NCBI GenBank assembly: GCA_038214255.1
Contig: JBBQRZ010000007.1
Coordinates: 36,730-100,729 of the forward strand
Source: Candidatus Limnocylindrales bacterium
GTDB lineage: Bacteria > Chloroflexota > Limnocylindria > Limnocylindrales > CSP1-4
Reading direction: 5' to 3'
DNA: 64,000 nucleotides
In this document: in pieces, positions 26,201 through 36,100 of the stretch
How positions within the stretch are numbered: the first letter of the stretch is position 1
Layout of the letters: the number at the start of each line of letters is the position of its first letter
Position numbers and translations under genes: made by a program
The notes under the pieces: generated by a model
The model's database searches: none
Seen by the model: only the letters and a program-made list of their open reading frames with translations
Told to the model about the DNA's origin: nothing

Positions 26201-27249
26201 TCGAAGCGTGCCCGCCCGACCGACGAGACGACGATGACGCCGTGGACCGTGTCGCCGTACGACATCGGGACGACGAGCATCGACTCGGCCTCGGCAGCGC
26301 TCCCGACAAGGCGGCCGCGCGGGTCGGCTGCGGCGTCGTCGAGGCGGATGGGTCGCCCGTTGGCCGCGACCCAGCCGGTCAGGCCCCCCCCGATCGCGAC
26401 ACGCAGGCTGGCCGGATCGGGGTTCGGGACGCCGAGGAACGTGCCGTGGAACGCGATCGGTTCGCACACGCCGGCCGCCGGATCGACGCGGTAGACGCGG
26501 ATCGAATCGCACTCGATGAGCCGCGCGGCCTCGGCGACGATCGCCCAGGCGATCCCCTCGACGTCCTGGAAGCGACTCAGCCGGCCGGCGAGGCCGGCGA
26601 TCGATCGGAGGCGACCGGCCAGCGTCCGGCTCGACTCCGCCAGGCGTGCGCTCCCGATCGCGGTGGCCATGTGGTCACCGAAGGCCCGGGCGAAGTCGCG
26701 CTCGTCGGTGGACCAGTCGTAGGCCTCTCGGTGGTAGAGCACGAGCAGGCCGAGGATCTCGTCGCCGAAGACGAGCGGGACGTAGCAGACCGAGCGGACC
26801 CCGATGTCGCGATAGACGCGGCGCAGGACGGGGTTCGTCCGGCGCATGGCGGGATCGAGGACGCGGACCTCGCGGGCACGGAGGGCCTCCATCCCGGTCG
26901 TCGCCGCGCGATGGGGAAGTCCGGCGATTGTGTCGAGGATCTCGGTCGAGAGCCCGCGATGCGCGGCCAGGTGGAGCGGGGTGGGCGCCGCGGCGTCATA
27001 CAGCCAGAGGCCCGCGCGATCCACCCCGAACAACGTGAACGCCTCGTCGATGACGTCCTCGAACAGGCCGGCGAGATCGTGCCGGCCGCTGACCTCCGCC
27101 GCGATCCGGCGGAGGGCGTCGGCGCGCGTGGGACCGGCGCGGTCGACGTCGATCCGTGCCGCGGGGGGGCTCGGCGTGATGACGCGGCGGCGCCGTTTCG
27201 CAGCACGCTGGTTATCGGCGAGGACCATGGGTCGCCGCGCTACCTCCAT
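23287..27249 (-). CDS. Multidomain c-di-GMP signalling protein: GAF x3 - GGDEF - GAF - GGDEF - EAL
   Basis: Two GGDEF cores, each with RxxD five residues upstream (RETDRLYRYGGDEF and RPGDTVARFGGDEF). EAL-domain blocks EALVRW, ELEITES, DDFGTGYSSL, KIDRSF, EGIET and QGY. Four GAF-like segments. Confidence 0.9.
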   Translation of the reverse strand: MEVARRPMVLADNQRAAKRRRRVITPSPPAARIDVDRAGPTRADALRRIAAEVSGRHDLAGLFEDVIDEAFTLFGVDRAGLWLYDAAAPTPLHLAAHRGLSTEILDTIAGLPHRAATTGMEALRAREVRVLDPAMRRTNPVLRRVYRDIGVRSVCYVPLVFGDEILGLLVLYHREAYDWSTDERDFARAFGDHMATAIGSARLAESSRTLAGRLRSIAGLAGRLSRFQDVEGIAWAIVAEAARLIECDSIRVYRVDPAAGVCEPIAFHGTFLGVPNPDPASLRVAIGGGLTGWVAANGRPIRLDDAAADPRGRLVGSAAEAESMLVVPMSYGDTVHGVIVVSSVGRARFDTDDETTLSIFAAYAAQALVNASSMERLRRQQTELELQLEGQRRLLEVNERLLSTLEPASVLDLIADSLKAIVPYDTLTVYRVDPARGVRRAVIARDRFAELILAHESPLGPGITGWVIDHGEAVLANEAHLDPRSVQVPGTPFEPEAMIVVPLLVNRATIGTLNVGRMGEAQAFFTDNEFELVKLFAGQASIALQNAEAHGEVRVRAEQDALTGLRNHGAFQRELLDAIEGGPSQFAVLMLDLDAFKAFNDSRGHPAGDALLVDIAAAMEASTRETDRLYRYGGDEFAAILPGADRLVAHEVADRIRRAVADRSAAIGGPPIAISVGIACFPVDGATKDELVAVADRALYLVKPADRGRPEGLADPYLRALDETALALLDRRDQEGLLEMIIARATALLGTPHGFINLLDPDGSMLIIRVGTGLFSEFVGMRMQPGEGLSGAVVNSGEPVAIDDYDLWSGRSPNLPSATFGSVVGVPLLAGGRTVGVLGLSAGATGRHWGPREIDALTSFAKLASIGLDNARLADVARRGALYDPTTGLPNRELLTDRILQALARERADGTSGIAVVLLDLDRFMVINESLGHTVGDRLLVAVGQWLLVGLRPGDTVARFGGDEFGIILDPVADANEARHIADRISAELRAPFSLNGRDWFISASMGIAVATRGRTTPEELLREAEIAMVRAKSNATQRHAVFEASMNDQTMERLDLENDLRAALERGELRVHYQPIVELEDERIVGFEALVRWQHPTRGLVAPMAFIPMAEETGLIVPLGRWVLETACRQAARWRRSGNGRSAGPFVSVNLSARQFIQADLVEDVGAVLAATGLEPAALELEITESVVMDQSEIGVRALRRLRDLGVRLVLDDFGTGYSSLAYLKLLPLDMIKIDRSFVMGLDGAADRSIVDAVIALAHGLGIGVVAEGIETRAQADRLRAAGCDLGQGYLFARPTPAAATTRLLRASRRRVAGLRRTA

Positions 27250-27385
27250 CGGGGGAATCGCATCCGGACACCGTCGTTCTGGGACGGCACGAGAACGGTA
27301 CGGTCCGGTGACCTCCGGGGCGATAGCCCATCGGTACCAGCCGACGCCTCGGCGGAGTTCGTTTCAGGCGGCGCCCACGACCAGG

Positions 27386-29845
27386 TCAGGACCGCAGCCG
27401 GGACATCTCCGGATCGAACAGGGGATCGGCGGCCACCGTCGCGGGCAGGGTCTCCCCGAAGTACTGGACCTGGACCGTCTGCCCCGGATTGGCCAGCTCG
27501 GCGGGCAGCCAGGCGTAGGCGATCGGCGCCCCGATGCTGTAGCCGTAGGCCGCACTCGTGACATAGCCGACCGGCTGACCGTCCACGAGGACCGGCTCCT
27601 TGCCCATCACGACCGCATCCGGGGCGCTGAAGGTCAGCGCTACGAGCCGTCGGGTTGCCGTCGCATCGCTGCGGTCGACGAGCGCGTCGCGACCGACGAA
27701 CGGGCCCTTGTCCATCCGGACGGCAAAGCCCAGCCCGGCCTCATAGGGGTCGTTCTCGGTCGTCATGTCGGCGCCCCACGAGCGGTACCCCTTCTCGAGG
27801 CGCAGGCTGCCGAACGCGCTGCGCCCGGCCGCGATGAGCCCGTGTTCCCGGCCCGCGGCCCAGAGCGTGTCCCACAGCTTGAGGCCCATGTCCGCGGTCG
27901 TGTACAGCTCCCATCCGAGCTCGCCGACATACGACAGGCGGAGCGCCGTGACCGGCACGTTGCCGACCCACAGCTCGCGACCCTTGAAGTAGCCGAGACC
28001 CGCATTCGAGACATCGGCATCGGTCAGGGACGCGAGGATGTCCCGGGCGCGCGGCCCCCACAGGCCGATGCAGCACGTGCCCGCCGTGATGTCACGGACC
28101 TGCACGCTGCCGTCATTCGGGGCGAGGCGCGCGAGCAGGGCGAAGTCGAGGTTGCCATTCGCCCCGATCTGGAACCGATCCGGCCCAAGGCGCGCGATCG
28201 TCAGGTCGCTCCGGATGCCGCCCCGCTCGTCGAGCATGAGCGTGTACACGACCGTGCCGACGGACCGGTCCAGGCGGTTCGTCGTGAGCCGGTCGAGGAA
28301 CGCCAGCGCGCCCGGCCCGGTGACCTCCAGGCGCTTGAGTGAGGTCATGTCGTACAGGCCGGCCGTGTCGCGCGTGGCCCGGGCCTCGGCGCCCGCGATC
28401 GGATTCCAGTAGCGGCTCGCCCAGGCGTTGCGGCCCGGGATCTCGTAGCGCCCGAGGAGCTGCTCGTTGACGCCGTACCAGTGGGGTCGCTCCCACCCGT
28501 TGCCCTCCAGGAAGTACGCGCCGAGCTCCTGCTGGCGCTCGTTGAAGGGCGACACCCGGAGCGGCCGCGGATGCTCCATGGGCTGGAGCGGATGGATGAT
28601 GTCGTAGACCTCGATGTAGTTCTGGATGCCCCGCTCGCGGATGTAGGCGGGCGCCAGCTGGTGCGGCTCGAAGCGGTTGATGTCGCACTCGTGGAGGTCG
28701 GTCGGTGAGCCGCCGTCGACCAGCCACTCGGCCATCGCCCTTCCCACGCCGCAGCCGTGGGTCACCCAGACCGCCTCGGCCAGCCAGAATCCTCCGACGT
28801 CCTTTGACTCGCCCATGAGTGGTGCCCCGTCCGGGGTGAACGAGAAGATGCCGTTGATGCCCTCGGCGATCCGCACGCCGTCGCCGCGCAGGGCCGGGAC
28901 GATCGCCTGGGCCCAGCGCCACGACTCCTCGAACGTCTCAGGCGTGAACTCGAGCACCGATGGCATCACCGGCGCCTCGCTCGGAGGGAGGATCGTGGCG
29001 GCATCGATCGGCATCGGCTGGTGCGCGTAGGAGCCGACCCCGAGCCGGTCGACATGCTCGCGGAAGTACAGGTCGCGGTCCTGGGCACGGATGATCGGGT
29101 GGACGTTCTCGCGGTCGGGCGGGATCGCGAGGGCGGCGAGCTCTGGCAGTGGCGTCGATGTCGTGTACTGATGGGCGAGTGGCTGGAGCGGCACCGTCAC
29201 TCCGACCATCGCCCCGATTCGCGGACCCCAGACGCCGGCCGCGCACACGACGATGTCGGCCGCGAACTCGCCCTGGTCGGTGATGACCGCGTGGACCTTG
29301 CCGTCATCGGTGCGGATGCCGGTCACCGTGTGCTCGCCGAGGAACCGGGCCCCGCCCTCGGTCGCGCGGCGGGCCTGGGCCTCCGAGACGCGCACCGCCT
29401 TGACGAGGCCATCGGTCGGGACGTGATAGGCGCCGAGGATCGTGTCGCGGTCGACCAGCGGCCAGAGCCGCGCGGTTTCGGCCGGATCGATGACCCGGCC
29501 CTCGATGCCCCAGGCCTCGGCGAAGCCCTGGCGGCGATGCAGCTCCCGGAGGCGGTCGTCGGTGAGCGCGAACTCCAGGCTGCCGACCTGGTTGAAGACC
29601 CAATCGCCGTCGAGCGTGAGCGACTTCGATTTCTCGACCGTGTACCGGGCGAACTCGGCCATCGTCCTGGAGGGGTTGGTCTGGAACACGAGCCCGGGGG
29701 CGTGGGACGTGGAGCCTCCGGCCGCGAACAGCCGGCCCTGGTCGAGGACGGTCACGTCGGTCCAGCCGCGCATGACGAGCTCGTCGGCCAGCGAGCAGCC
29801 GACGATGCCGGCTCCGATGATGACGACGCGCGGTCCGCTGGCCAA
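27386..29845 (-). CDS. Dimethylglycine oxidase-type flavoenzyme (DAO domain + GcvT-like folate-binding domain)
   Basis: TTG start preceded by GGAGG. MASGPRVVIIGAGIVGCSLADELV...GGSTSHAPGLVFQTNPS is near-colinear with the Arthrobacter DMGO N-terminus as I recall it. The C-terminal LSYVGELGWELY/LRLEKGY blocks are aminomethyltransferase-like. Confidence 0.85.
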   Translation of the reverse strand: MASGPRVVIIGAGIVGCSLADELVMRGWTDVTVLDQGRLFAAGGSTSHAPGLVFQTNPSRTMAEFARYTVEKSKSLTLDGDWVFNQVGSLEFALTDDRLRELHRRQGFAEAWGIEGRVIDPAETARLWPLVDRDTILGAYHVPTDGLVKAVRVSEAQARRATEGGARFLGEHTVTGIRTDDGKVHAVITDQGEFAADIVVCAAGVWGPRIGAMVGVTVPLQPLAHQYTTSTPLPELAALAIPPDRENVHPIIRAQDRDLYFREHVDRLGVGSYAHQPMPIDAATILPPSEAPVMPSVLEFTPETFEESWRWAQAIVPALRGDGVRIAEGINGIFSFTPDGAPLMGESKDVGGFWLAEAVWVTHGCGVGRAMAEWLVDGGSPTDLHECDINRFEPHQLAPAYIRERGIQNYIEVYDIIHPLQPMEHPRPLRVSPFNERQQELGAYFLEGNGWERPHWYGVNEQLLGRYEIPGRNAWASRYWNPIAGAEARATRDTAGLYDMTSLKRLEVTGPGALAFLDRLTTNRLDRSVGTVVYTLMLDERGGIRSDLTIARLGPDRFQIGANGNLDFALLARLAPNDGSVQVRDITAGTCCIGLWGPRARDILASLTDADVSNAGLGYFKGRELWVGNVPVTALRLSYVGELGWELYTTADMGLKLWDTLWAAGREHGLIAAGRSAFGSLRLEKGYRSWGADMTTENDPYEAGLGFAVRMDKGPFVGRDALVDRSDATATRRLVALTFSAPDAVVMGKEPVLVDGQPVGYVTSAAYGYSIGAPIAYAWLPAELANPGQTVQVQYFGETLPATVAADPLFDPEMSRLRS

Positions 29846-29928
29846 TCAGCCGCCTCCGATCCTGCCGAAGATGGGAAGCGACGACGGGCGGGGGCCCGGC
29901 GTCGCCGGTGGTCGGATCCCTCAGCGAG

Positions 29929-30972
29929 CTACTGGGCGGGCATCCACGCGGACCAGACGGTCGGGTTGGCCGTGACCCACTGCTTCGCGGCATCCTCGGG
30001 ACTCATGCTCTTGTTCGTGATGAGGTCCGCGACGTTGTTCTGGTCCGTGTTGCCCCACTTGAAGTTCTTGATGAACGTGGCGGCCTTCCCGCCCGTCTCG
30101 GCGAACTTCGTGGCGACGATCTTGTTGAGGATGTAGGGCGGGTAATCGCACGCGACGGCCTTGAGGTCCTTGTCGCAGCCCGGCGTGTACGGCGGGAGCT
30201 TGACCTGCACCAGCTTGATCTCGTTGTGCAGCCATTGCGGGTCGTAGAAGTAGCCGATGAGTGGCGTCTGGTTCTTGGTTGCTTCCTGGAAGGCCGTGAT
30301 CGTCGCCGCCTCGCTGCCCGAGAAGACGACCTTGTAGTTCAGCTTCAGGTTGGCGATGAGCGCCTCGTCGTACTGGACGAAGGTCGGGTCGCTCCCGAGG
30401 AACTGGCCCTTGTCGCCCGACTCGGAGGTCTTGAACAGGTCGGCGTACTTGTTGAGGTTGTTCCAGTCGGTGATGTCTGGGTACTTGTCGACCATCCACT
30501 GCGGGACGTACCAGCCGATGATGCCGGTGACCCCGTTGGGCCCGTCGTCCTGGGCGACCTTCTTGTCCGTGATGTAGGTCTTCTCGAGGTCGGGATGGCC
30601 CCAGTTCTCGAGGATCACGTCGACTTCGCCGGTGTCGAAGCCCTGCCAGGCGACCTCCTCGGCGAGCGTGTTGGTCTCGACCTTGTAGCCGAGCTGCTGG
30701 AGCAGGCACTGGGCCACGGCGACGTTCGCCTGGGCACCGACCCACTGGTTGATCATGAGCTTGGCGGTTCCCTGGTCGCCCGCGCCCGTGCACGTCACCT
30801 CCGATGCGGCGCTCGGGGAAGCGCCCGTGCTCGCTTCGGCGCTCGCGGCCGCGCTCGCCCCGGCGCTCACCACGGGCGCGGCACTCCCGCCGCCTCCGCT
30901 GCTACACGCGCCGAGGACCAGGGACATGATCGCGGCACCGGCGAGCAGCCGGGCCAGTCGCTTGTGTTCCAT
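29929..30972 (-). CDS. Glycine betaine/quaternary amine ABC transporter substrate-binding lipoprotein (OpuAC/ProX-like)
   Basis: The internal Met at 30972 gives the lipoprotein signal MEHKRLARLLAGAAIMSLVLGAC. Body blocks INQWVGAQANV, GIIGWYVPQW and YDPQW are OpuAC-like. Confidence 0.85.
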   Translation of the reverse strand: MEHKRLARLLAGAAIMSLVLGACSSGGGGSAAPVVSAGASAAASAEASTGASPSAASEVTCTGAGDQGTAKLMINQWVGAQANVAVAQCLLQQLGYKVETNTLAEEVAWQGFDTGEVDVILENWGHPDLEKTYITDKKVAQDDGPNGVTGIIGWYVPQWMVDKYPDITDWNNLNKYADLFKTSESGDKGQFLGSDPTFVQYDEALIANLKLNYKVVFSGSEAATITAFQEATKNQTPLIGYFYDPQWLHNEIKLVQVKLPPYTPGCDKDLKAVACDYPPYILNKIVATKFAETGGKAATFIKNFKWGNTDQNNVADLITNKSMSPEDAAKQWVTANPTVWSAWMPAQ

Positions 30973-31000
30973 CGTTGTTCGCTCCTCCAAAGTCAGCCGG

Positions 31001-32929
31001 TCAGCCGGCCCTCGCGACGGTTCGGCGGCGCCCTCCCGCGCCTTGGGTGATCCGGTCGAGCATGATCCCGATGAGCACGATCGCCGTCCCTGCGGCGAGC
31101 CCCTTTCCGAAATCGGTCCCCTGCGCGAATCCGGTGACGACGTCATAGCCTAGCGCCCCCGCCCCAACGAGCCCGCCGATGACGACCATCGCCAGGACGA
31201 GCACGATCCCTTGGTTCGCGGCGACGAGCAGCGCTCGGCGTGATAGCGGCAGCTGGACCTTCCAGAGCAATTGTCGTTCGGTCGAGCCACACGCGGTCGC
31301 TGCCTCCAGCACGGTCTTGGACACGGACCGGATCCCGGCATCCACGAGCCGGATCACGGGCGGCACGGCGTAGATTACGGCCGCCACGATCGCGGTGAAC
31401 CGACTCGGGGCGAACAGCGCGATCGCGGGGATGAGATAGACGAACGCGGGCATCGTCTGGGCCGCGTCGAGGATCGGTCGCAGCACGGTCCGGAGCCGGT
31501 CGCTGCGCGCCGACAGGATGCCGACGACGACGCCCAGGACGAGCGTGATGAGCGTCGCGACGAGGACGGACGCGAGGGTCTGCATCGAGTGGTTCCACAG
31601 ACCGAGGAGGACGACGATCCCGAGGCAGACGCCGGCGGTGATCGACGCCCGCCGACCGGAGACGTACCAGGCCACCAGGACGACCACGGCCACGACCAGC
31701 CACCAGGGCGCCGTCGTCAGGACGGTTTCGAGGGGGTTCAGGACGGCGAACGTGAAGACATTCTTGATGGCCAGGGTCAGGCCGGAGAACGTGCCGGTGA
31801 TCCAGTGGACGATGTCGTTCACCGGCACCCGGAACGAGACGGTCACGGCCTTGGGGAACACGGTCGGCTTCGTGAGGACATGCCCCGCGACGACGATCGC
31901 GGCGATCGCGGCGAGGATCGCGCCGTAGAGGATCCGCCGGCGACGCGGATCCTCGTCATCCGAGCGCCGGAACCTTGGGTCCATCCATTCCCCGGCGTGC
32001 TCGGTGAGACGGTCGAGCACGATGGCGAGGATCACGATGGCGAGGCCGGCGTCGAAGGCCCCGCCGACGTCGACCTTGGAGAGGGCCTGGAGGATGTTCC
32101 GACCCAGGCCCGGCGCCCCGATGAGGCCGGTGATGACCACCATCGAGAGGGCCATCATGATCGTCTGGTTGACCCCGATCCCGATCGTCCGGCGCGCGAG
32201 CGGCAGCTGCACCTTGCTCAGGACCTGCCAGCCGGTCGAGCCGAGCGAGGTGGCCGCCTCGACCGTTTCCTTCTCGACGCCCCGGATCCCGAGCGAGGTG
32301 ATCCGGATCGCGGGCGGGATGGCGTAGATGAGGGTGGCGATCGTCGACGATGGCGCGCCGATGAGGAACAGCAGCGTCATCGGCGCGAGATAGGCGAACG
32401 TCGGCATGATCTGCATGACGTCGAGGATCGGGGTGACGATCGACGACAGTCGGTCGCTGCGGCCGACCATGATCCCGAGCGGGATCCCGATCAACAGCGA
32501 GATCACGACGGCCGCGAGCATCAGGCCAAGGGTGGCCATGCTCGCGTCCCACAGGCCGAGCACCCCGAGCGCCGCGAAACCGATCACGCACAGGATCGCG
32601 AGGCGCACCCCGCCGAAGATGAGCCCGAGACCGCCGGCAAGCGCCAGGACGCCGGGCCAGCCAAGGAACGCGAGCGCGCCGTTGAAGCCGTCAACCAGGG
32701 CGGCGATGCCGATCCGGATCGGATCGAGCACCGTGCGGTTCTGATCGACCGCCTGCTTGACCCCGTTGAGTGCCTTGAAGAGCGGGAAGTCCTGGTCGTG
32801 GGGGAGGGTCCACTGACCCCGGAACAGGATGAACAGGAGCACGACGACCGCGGCCAGGACAGCCGCGAGGAGCCGTTTCGCCAGGACGGGGTCGAGGCGC
32901 CGGCTGGCCGGCAGGCTGATGGCCGTCAC
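31001..32929 (-). CDS. Glycine betaine/proline ABC transporter permease, fused double-permease (OpuAB/ProW-like)
   Basis: 642 aa with two repeats of the BPD permease core, each with EAAxxxG-type loops ([13 protein letters not shown] and [13 protein letters not shown]). Its GTG overlaps the ATPase stop (GTGA). Confidence 0.9.
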   Translation of the reverse strand: MTAISLPASRRLDPVLAKRLLAAVLAAVVVLLFILFRGQWTLPHDQDFPLFKALNGVKQAVDQNRTVLDPIRIGIAALVDGFNGALAFLGWPGVLALAGGLGLIFGGVRLAILCVIGFAALGVLGLWDASMATLGLMLAAVVISLLIGIPLGIMVGRSDRLSSIVTPILDVMQIMPTFAYLAPMTLLFLIGAPSSTIATLIYAIPPAIRITSLGIRGVEKETVEAATSLGSTGWQVLSKVQLPLARRTIGIGVNQTIMMALSMVVITGLIGAPGLGRNILQALSKVDVGGAFDAGLAIVILAIVLDRLTEHAGEWMDPRFRRSDDEDPRRRRILYGAILAAIAAIVVAGHVLTKPTVFPKAVTVSFRVPVNDIVHWITGTFSGLTLAIKNVFTFAVLNPLETVLTTAPWWLVVAVVVLVAWYVSGRRASITAGVCLGIVVLLGLWNHSMQTLASVLVATLITLVLGVVVGILSARSDRLRTVLRPILDAAQTMPAFVYLIPAIALFAPSRFTAIVAAVIYAVPPVIRLVDAGIRSVSKTVLEAATACGSTERQLLWKVQLPLSRRALLVAANQGIVLVLAMVVIGGLVGAGALGYDVVTGFAQGTDFGKGLAAGTAIVLIGIMLDRITQGAGGRRRTVARAG

Positions 32930-33987
32930 GTCTCGACGTCCTCCGCACCGGCGATGGCCGTAAGGATCTGACGCCGATCGACGACCCCGATCAACCGATC
33001 GCCGTCCAGGACGCGAATCGGCTTGTCCGTGGCGGCGGCCACGTGGACGGCCGTTCGGATCACCGTCGTCGCCGGGAATGACGGGCCGTCCAGGGCGTCA
33101 TCCGGGGTCGGGTCGCGCATGACCCAGCGGAGCGTGAGGACGTTGGCCTTCGGAACGTCCTGCACGAAGTCGGCGACGTAGTCGTCGGCCGGGGCGCCCA
33201 CGAGGTCCTCGGGCCGTCCGGCCTGGACGATGTACCCGTCGCGCATGATCACGATGTGGTCGCCGAGCTTGAGGGCCTCGGCGAGATCGTGGGTGATGAA
33301 CACCATCGTCTTGCCGACCTCGTGATGCAGCCGGAGTACCTCGCTCTGCATGTCGCGGCGGATCAAGGGGTCGAGGGCGCTGAACGGCTCGTCGAAGAAC
33401 ATGATCTCGGGATCGACCGCCAGCGCCCGGGCCAGGCCCACCCGTTGCTGCATCCCGCCCGAGAGCTGGTCGGGATAACTGTTCGCGTGACCCTTGAGTC
33501 CGACGAGGTCGATCATCTTCTGGGCCTTCTCGTGCCGGGAGGCCTTGGGCTCGCCGCGGATCTCGAGGGGATAGGCCACGTTGTCGATGACCCGACGATG
33601 GGGCAGCAGTCCGAAGTGCTGGAAGACCATGGAGAACCGATGCCGGCGCAGTTCGCGGAGCCGCTCGTCGTCCGCCTTGCGCACGTCCTCGCCATCGAGG
33701 AGCACCTCGCCGTCGGTGGGCTCGATGAGGCGGGTGATGCACCGGACGAGCGTCGACTTGCCGCTGCCGGACAGCCCCATCACGACGAAGACTTCGCCGG
33801 GCTTGACCTCGAACGAGACGTCGCGGATCGCGATCATGGACCCGGTCTTGGCCCGTAGCTCGTCGCGCGGGAGGTCGGCGTCGGGCGTCCCGATGATCTT
33901 GTGTTCGGCGGGACCGAAGACCTTCCACAGGTGCCGGACGGCGAGCGTCGGCGTACCCGGACCGGTGTCGCCTCGGGGTGGATCCAT
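32926..33987 (-). CDS. Glycine betaine/proline ABC transporter ATP-binding protein with C-terminal CBS pair (OpuAA/ProV-like)
   Basis: [24 protein letters not shown] and [10 protein letters not shown]. The C-terminal ~110 aa are CBS-like. ATG at 33987 (or GTG at 33999). The upstream part of the track ORF looks non-coding. Confidence 0.9.
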   Translation of the reverse strand: MDPPRGDTGPGTPTLAVRHLWKVFGPAEHKIIGTPDADLPRDELRAKTGSMIAIRDVSFEVKPGEVFVVMGLSGSGKSTLVRCITRLIEPTDGEVLLDGEDVRKADDERLRELRRHRFSMVFQHFGLLPHRRVIDNVAYPLEIRGEPKASRHEKAQKMIDLVGLKGHANSYPDQLSGGMQQRVGLARALAVDPEIMFFDEPFSALDPLIRRDMQSEVLRLHHEVGKTMVFITHDLAEALKLGDHIVIMRDGYIVQAGRPEDLVGAPADDYVADFVQDVPKANVLTLRWVMRDPTPDDALDGPSFPATTVIRTAVHVAAATDKPIRVLDGDRLIGVVDRRQILTAIAGAEDVET

Positions 33988-34018
33988 CGTCGCCGTGACG
34001 CCGTCACTCAACCTGGTC

Positions 34019-35488
34019 TCACCCTCCGAACCAGCCCGTCGGCCCCGGTGCCGTGTTCTGCCAGATGTGCTTGGCCTCACGGTACTCGTCCAGCCCGCTG
34101 GGGCCAAGTTCCCGGCCGATCCCCGACTGCTTGAAGCCGCCCCATTCCGCCTGCGGCAGGTACGTGTTGTAGTCGTTGATCCAGACCGTTCCGTGGCGCA
34201 GCCGCCCGGCGACCCGCTGGGCGCGCGACGCATCGGCGGTCCAGACCGCGCCGGCGAGGCCGTAGGTCGTGTCGTTGCCCAGCTCGATCGCCTCCGCCTC
34301 GGTCGAGAAGCGCTCGACGGTCAGCACGGGCCCGAAGACCTCGTCGCGCACGATCCGCATGTCGCGCCGAACCTCGGCGAAGACGGTCGGCCGGTAGTAG
34401 AAGCCGGTTTGTAGCTGCGGCTCGTCCGGCCGCCGGCCGCCGGCGACGAGGCGCGCGCCATCCTCCAGCGCGCGCGCCACATGCGCCTCGACCTTGGCCC
34501 GATGCGCCTCGGAGATCAGGGCTCCGGTCTCGGTCGCCTCGTCCGTGCCGGCGCCGAGGCGGATCCGGTCGGCTCGCTTGGCGATCGAGGTTACGAACCG
34601 GTCGTAGATCTTGTCCTGCACGATCGCCCGGCAACCGGCGCTGCAGACCTGGCCGGAATGGACGAACGCCGCCGTCAACGCGTTGTCGACGGCTGTCTCG
34701 AAGTCCGCGTCGGCGAAGATGATGTTCGGGCTTTTGCCACCGAGCTCCAGGGCGACCCGTTTGACGTTGATCGCGGCGCCGCGCATGAGCGCCCGTCCGG
34801 CTTCGAGGCCGCCGGTGAGGGAGATGAGATCGACGTCCGGTGAGTCGCCGAGAGCCTGTCCGACCCGCTCGCCCGGGCCGAGCACGAGGTTGACGACGCC
34901 CGGCGGCGTGCCGGCCTCCTCGAGCAGGTGGGCCAGGTGGATCGCCGTGAGCGGCGTGACCTGGGCGGGCTTCATGATCACCGTGTTGCCGGCGGCCAGC
35001 GCCGGAGCGACCTTCCAGGACAGCTGGAGCAGCGGGTAGTTCCACGGGGCGATGAGCCCGCACACGCCGACCGGCTCGTAGACGATGCGCGAGAGGGCGT
35101 TCCACAGCGAGGTGTCGACGAGCCGCCCGGCCTCCTTGTCGGCGAGGTCGGCGTAGTAGCGGAAGACGCGGGCGACCTCGGCGATGTCCGTGCGGCTCTC
35201 GCGCATGGCCTTGCCCGTGTTCCGGGTCTCCTCGAGCGCCATCGGCTCCAGGTCGCGATCGAGGAGGTCGGCGACTCGATCGAGCAGCGCGGCGCGTTCG
35301 GCGGTCGGGCTGCGAGGCCAGTCGGTCTGATCGAACGCGCCCCGGGCGGCAGCGATCGCGGCCTGGACCTGCTCGTCGGTGGCGACGTCGACCTCGGTGA
35401 CGAGCGTGCCGTCCGATGGGTTGACGACCGGGCTGCACGAGCCGTCGCCGGAAGCCACCCATTGACCGTCGATGAGCAGGCTGGGCAC
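34019..35488 (-). CDS. NAD(P)-dependent aldehyde dehydrogenase (betaine-aldehyde dehydrogenase-like by context)
   Basis: ALDH blocks [11 protein letters not shown] and [11 protein letters not shown] (catalytic Cys). GTG at 35488 is preceded by GAGGAG. Confidence 0.85.
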   Translation of the reverse strand: MPSLLIDGQWVASGDGSCSPVVNPSDGTLVTEVDVATDEQVQAAIAAARGAFDQTDWPRSPTAERAALLDRVADLLDRDLEPMALEETRNTGKAMRESRTDIAEVARVFRYYADLADKEAGRLVDTSLWNALSRIVYEPVGVCGLIAPWNYPLLQLSWKVAPALAAGNTVIMKPAQVTPLTAIHLAHLLEEAGTPPGVVNLVLGPGERVGQALGDSPDVDLISLTGGLEAGRALMRGAAINVKRVALELGGKSPNIIFADADFETAVDNALTAAFVHSGQVCSAGCRAIVQDKIYDRFVTSIAKRADRIRLGAGTDEATETGALISEAHRAKVEAHVARALEDGARLVAGGRRPDEPQLQTGFYYRPTVFAEVRRDMRIVRDEVFGPVLTVERFSTEAEAIELGNDTTYGLAGAVWTADASRAQRVAGRLRHGTVWINDYNTYLPQAEWGGFKQSGIGRELGPSGLDEYREAKHIWQNTAPGPTGWFGG

Positions 35489-35634
35489 GGGACTCCTCGG
35501 CGTTCCGTTTCGTCGGGTCGGGCGAGAATGGGCCGCACAAGGGCGCGCAGTCAAGGCGTGTCGCGCTGGCCGCGCGGCCCCGTCCCTCCCAACCTACCGC
35601 CAGGCCGAACCGATCGCGAAGAAGGAATGAGGAG

Positions 35635-36072
35635 ATGCCGCTCACCGGAGAGTACGAACCGAGCACGGCCGCCTGGGCGCGCAAACAGGCCGAGCGCTAC
35701 GAGGCGACCGCTGGCGCCGAGGCCGGCGATCTCCGCGGCCGACCCGTGATCGTGCTGACCTCAGTCGGAGCGAAGACCGGCAAGCTCCGCAAGACCGCGC
35801 TCATGCGCGTCGAACACGAGGGCCGCTACGCGGTCGTGGCGTCGATGGGCGGCGCCCCAAAGCACCCCGTCTGGTACTACAACCTCAAGAAGAACCCGCA
35901 CGTCGAGCTGCAGGATGGCCCAACGAAGCGCGACTACGCGGCGCGCGAGGTTACGGGCGACGAAAAGGCCGTCTGGTGGGAGCGCGCTGTGGACGCGTGG
36001 CGCGACTACGCGAGGTACCAGACAAGGACAGCTCGGCAGATTCCCGTCTTCGTGCTCGAACCGATGAAGTGA
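35635..36072 (+). CDS. Deazaflavin (F420)-dependent nitroreductase/FDOR-A family protein
   Basis: [48 protein letters not shown] is the hallmark of the Ddn-like split beta-barrel family. Confidence 0.85.
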   Translation: MPLTGEYEPSTAAWARKQAERYEATAGAEAGDLRGRPVIVLTSVGAKTGKLRKTALMRVEHEGRYAVVASMGGAPKHPVWYYNLKKNPHVELQDGPTKRDYAAREVTGDEKAVWWERAVDAWRDYARYQTRTARQIPVFVLEPMK

Positions 36073-36100
36073 TCGGAAGCATGGCGACAGGCGAGGGCCG

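Noticed and set aside
23962-27561. 1199-aa plus-strand ORF, the second-longest ORF in the track.
   Set aside because: It is the mirror image of the strongly supported GAF/GGDEF/EAL gene. Its translation is Arg/Asp/Gly/Pro/Ala-rich with no recognisable motif. Long antisense ORFs like this are expected in very GC-rich DNA because stop codons are AT-rich.
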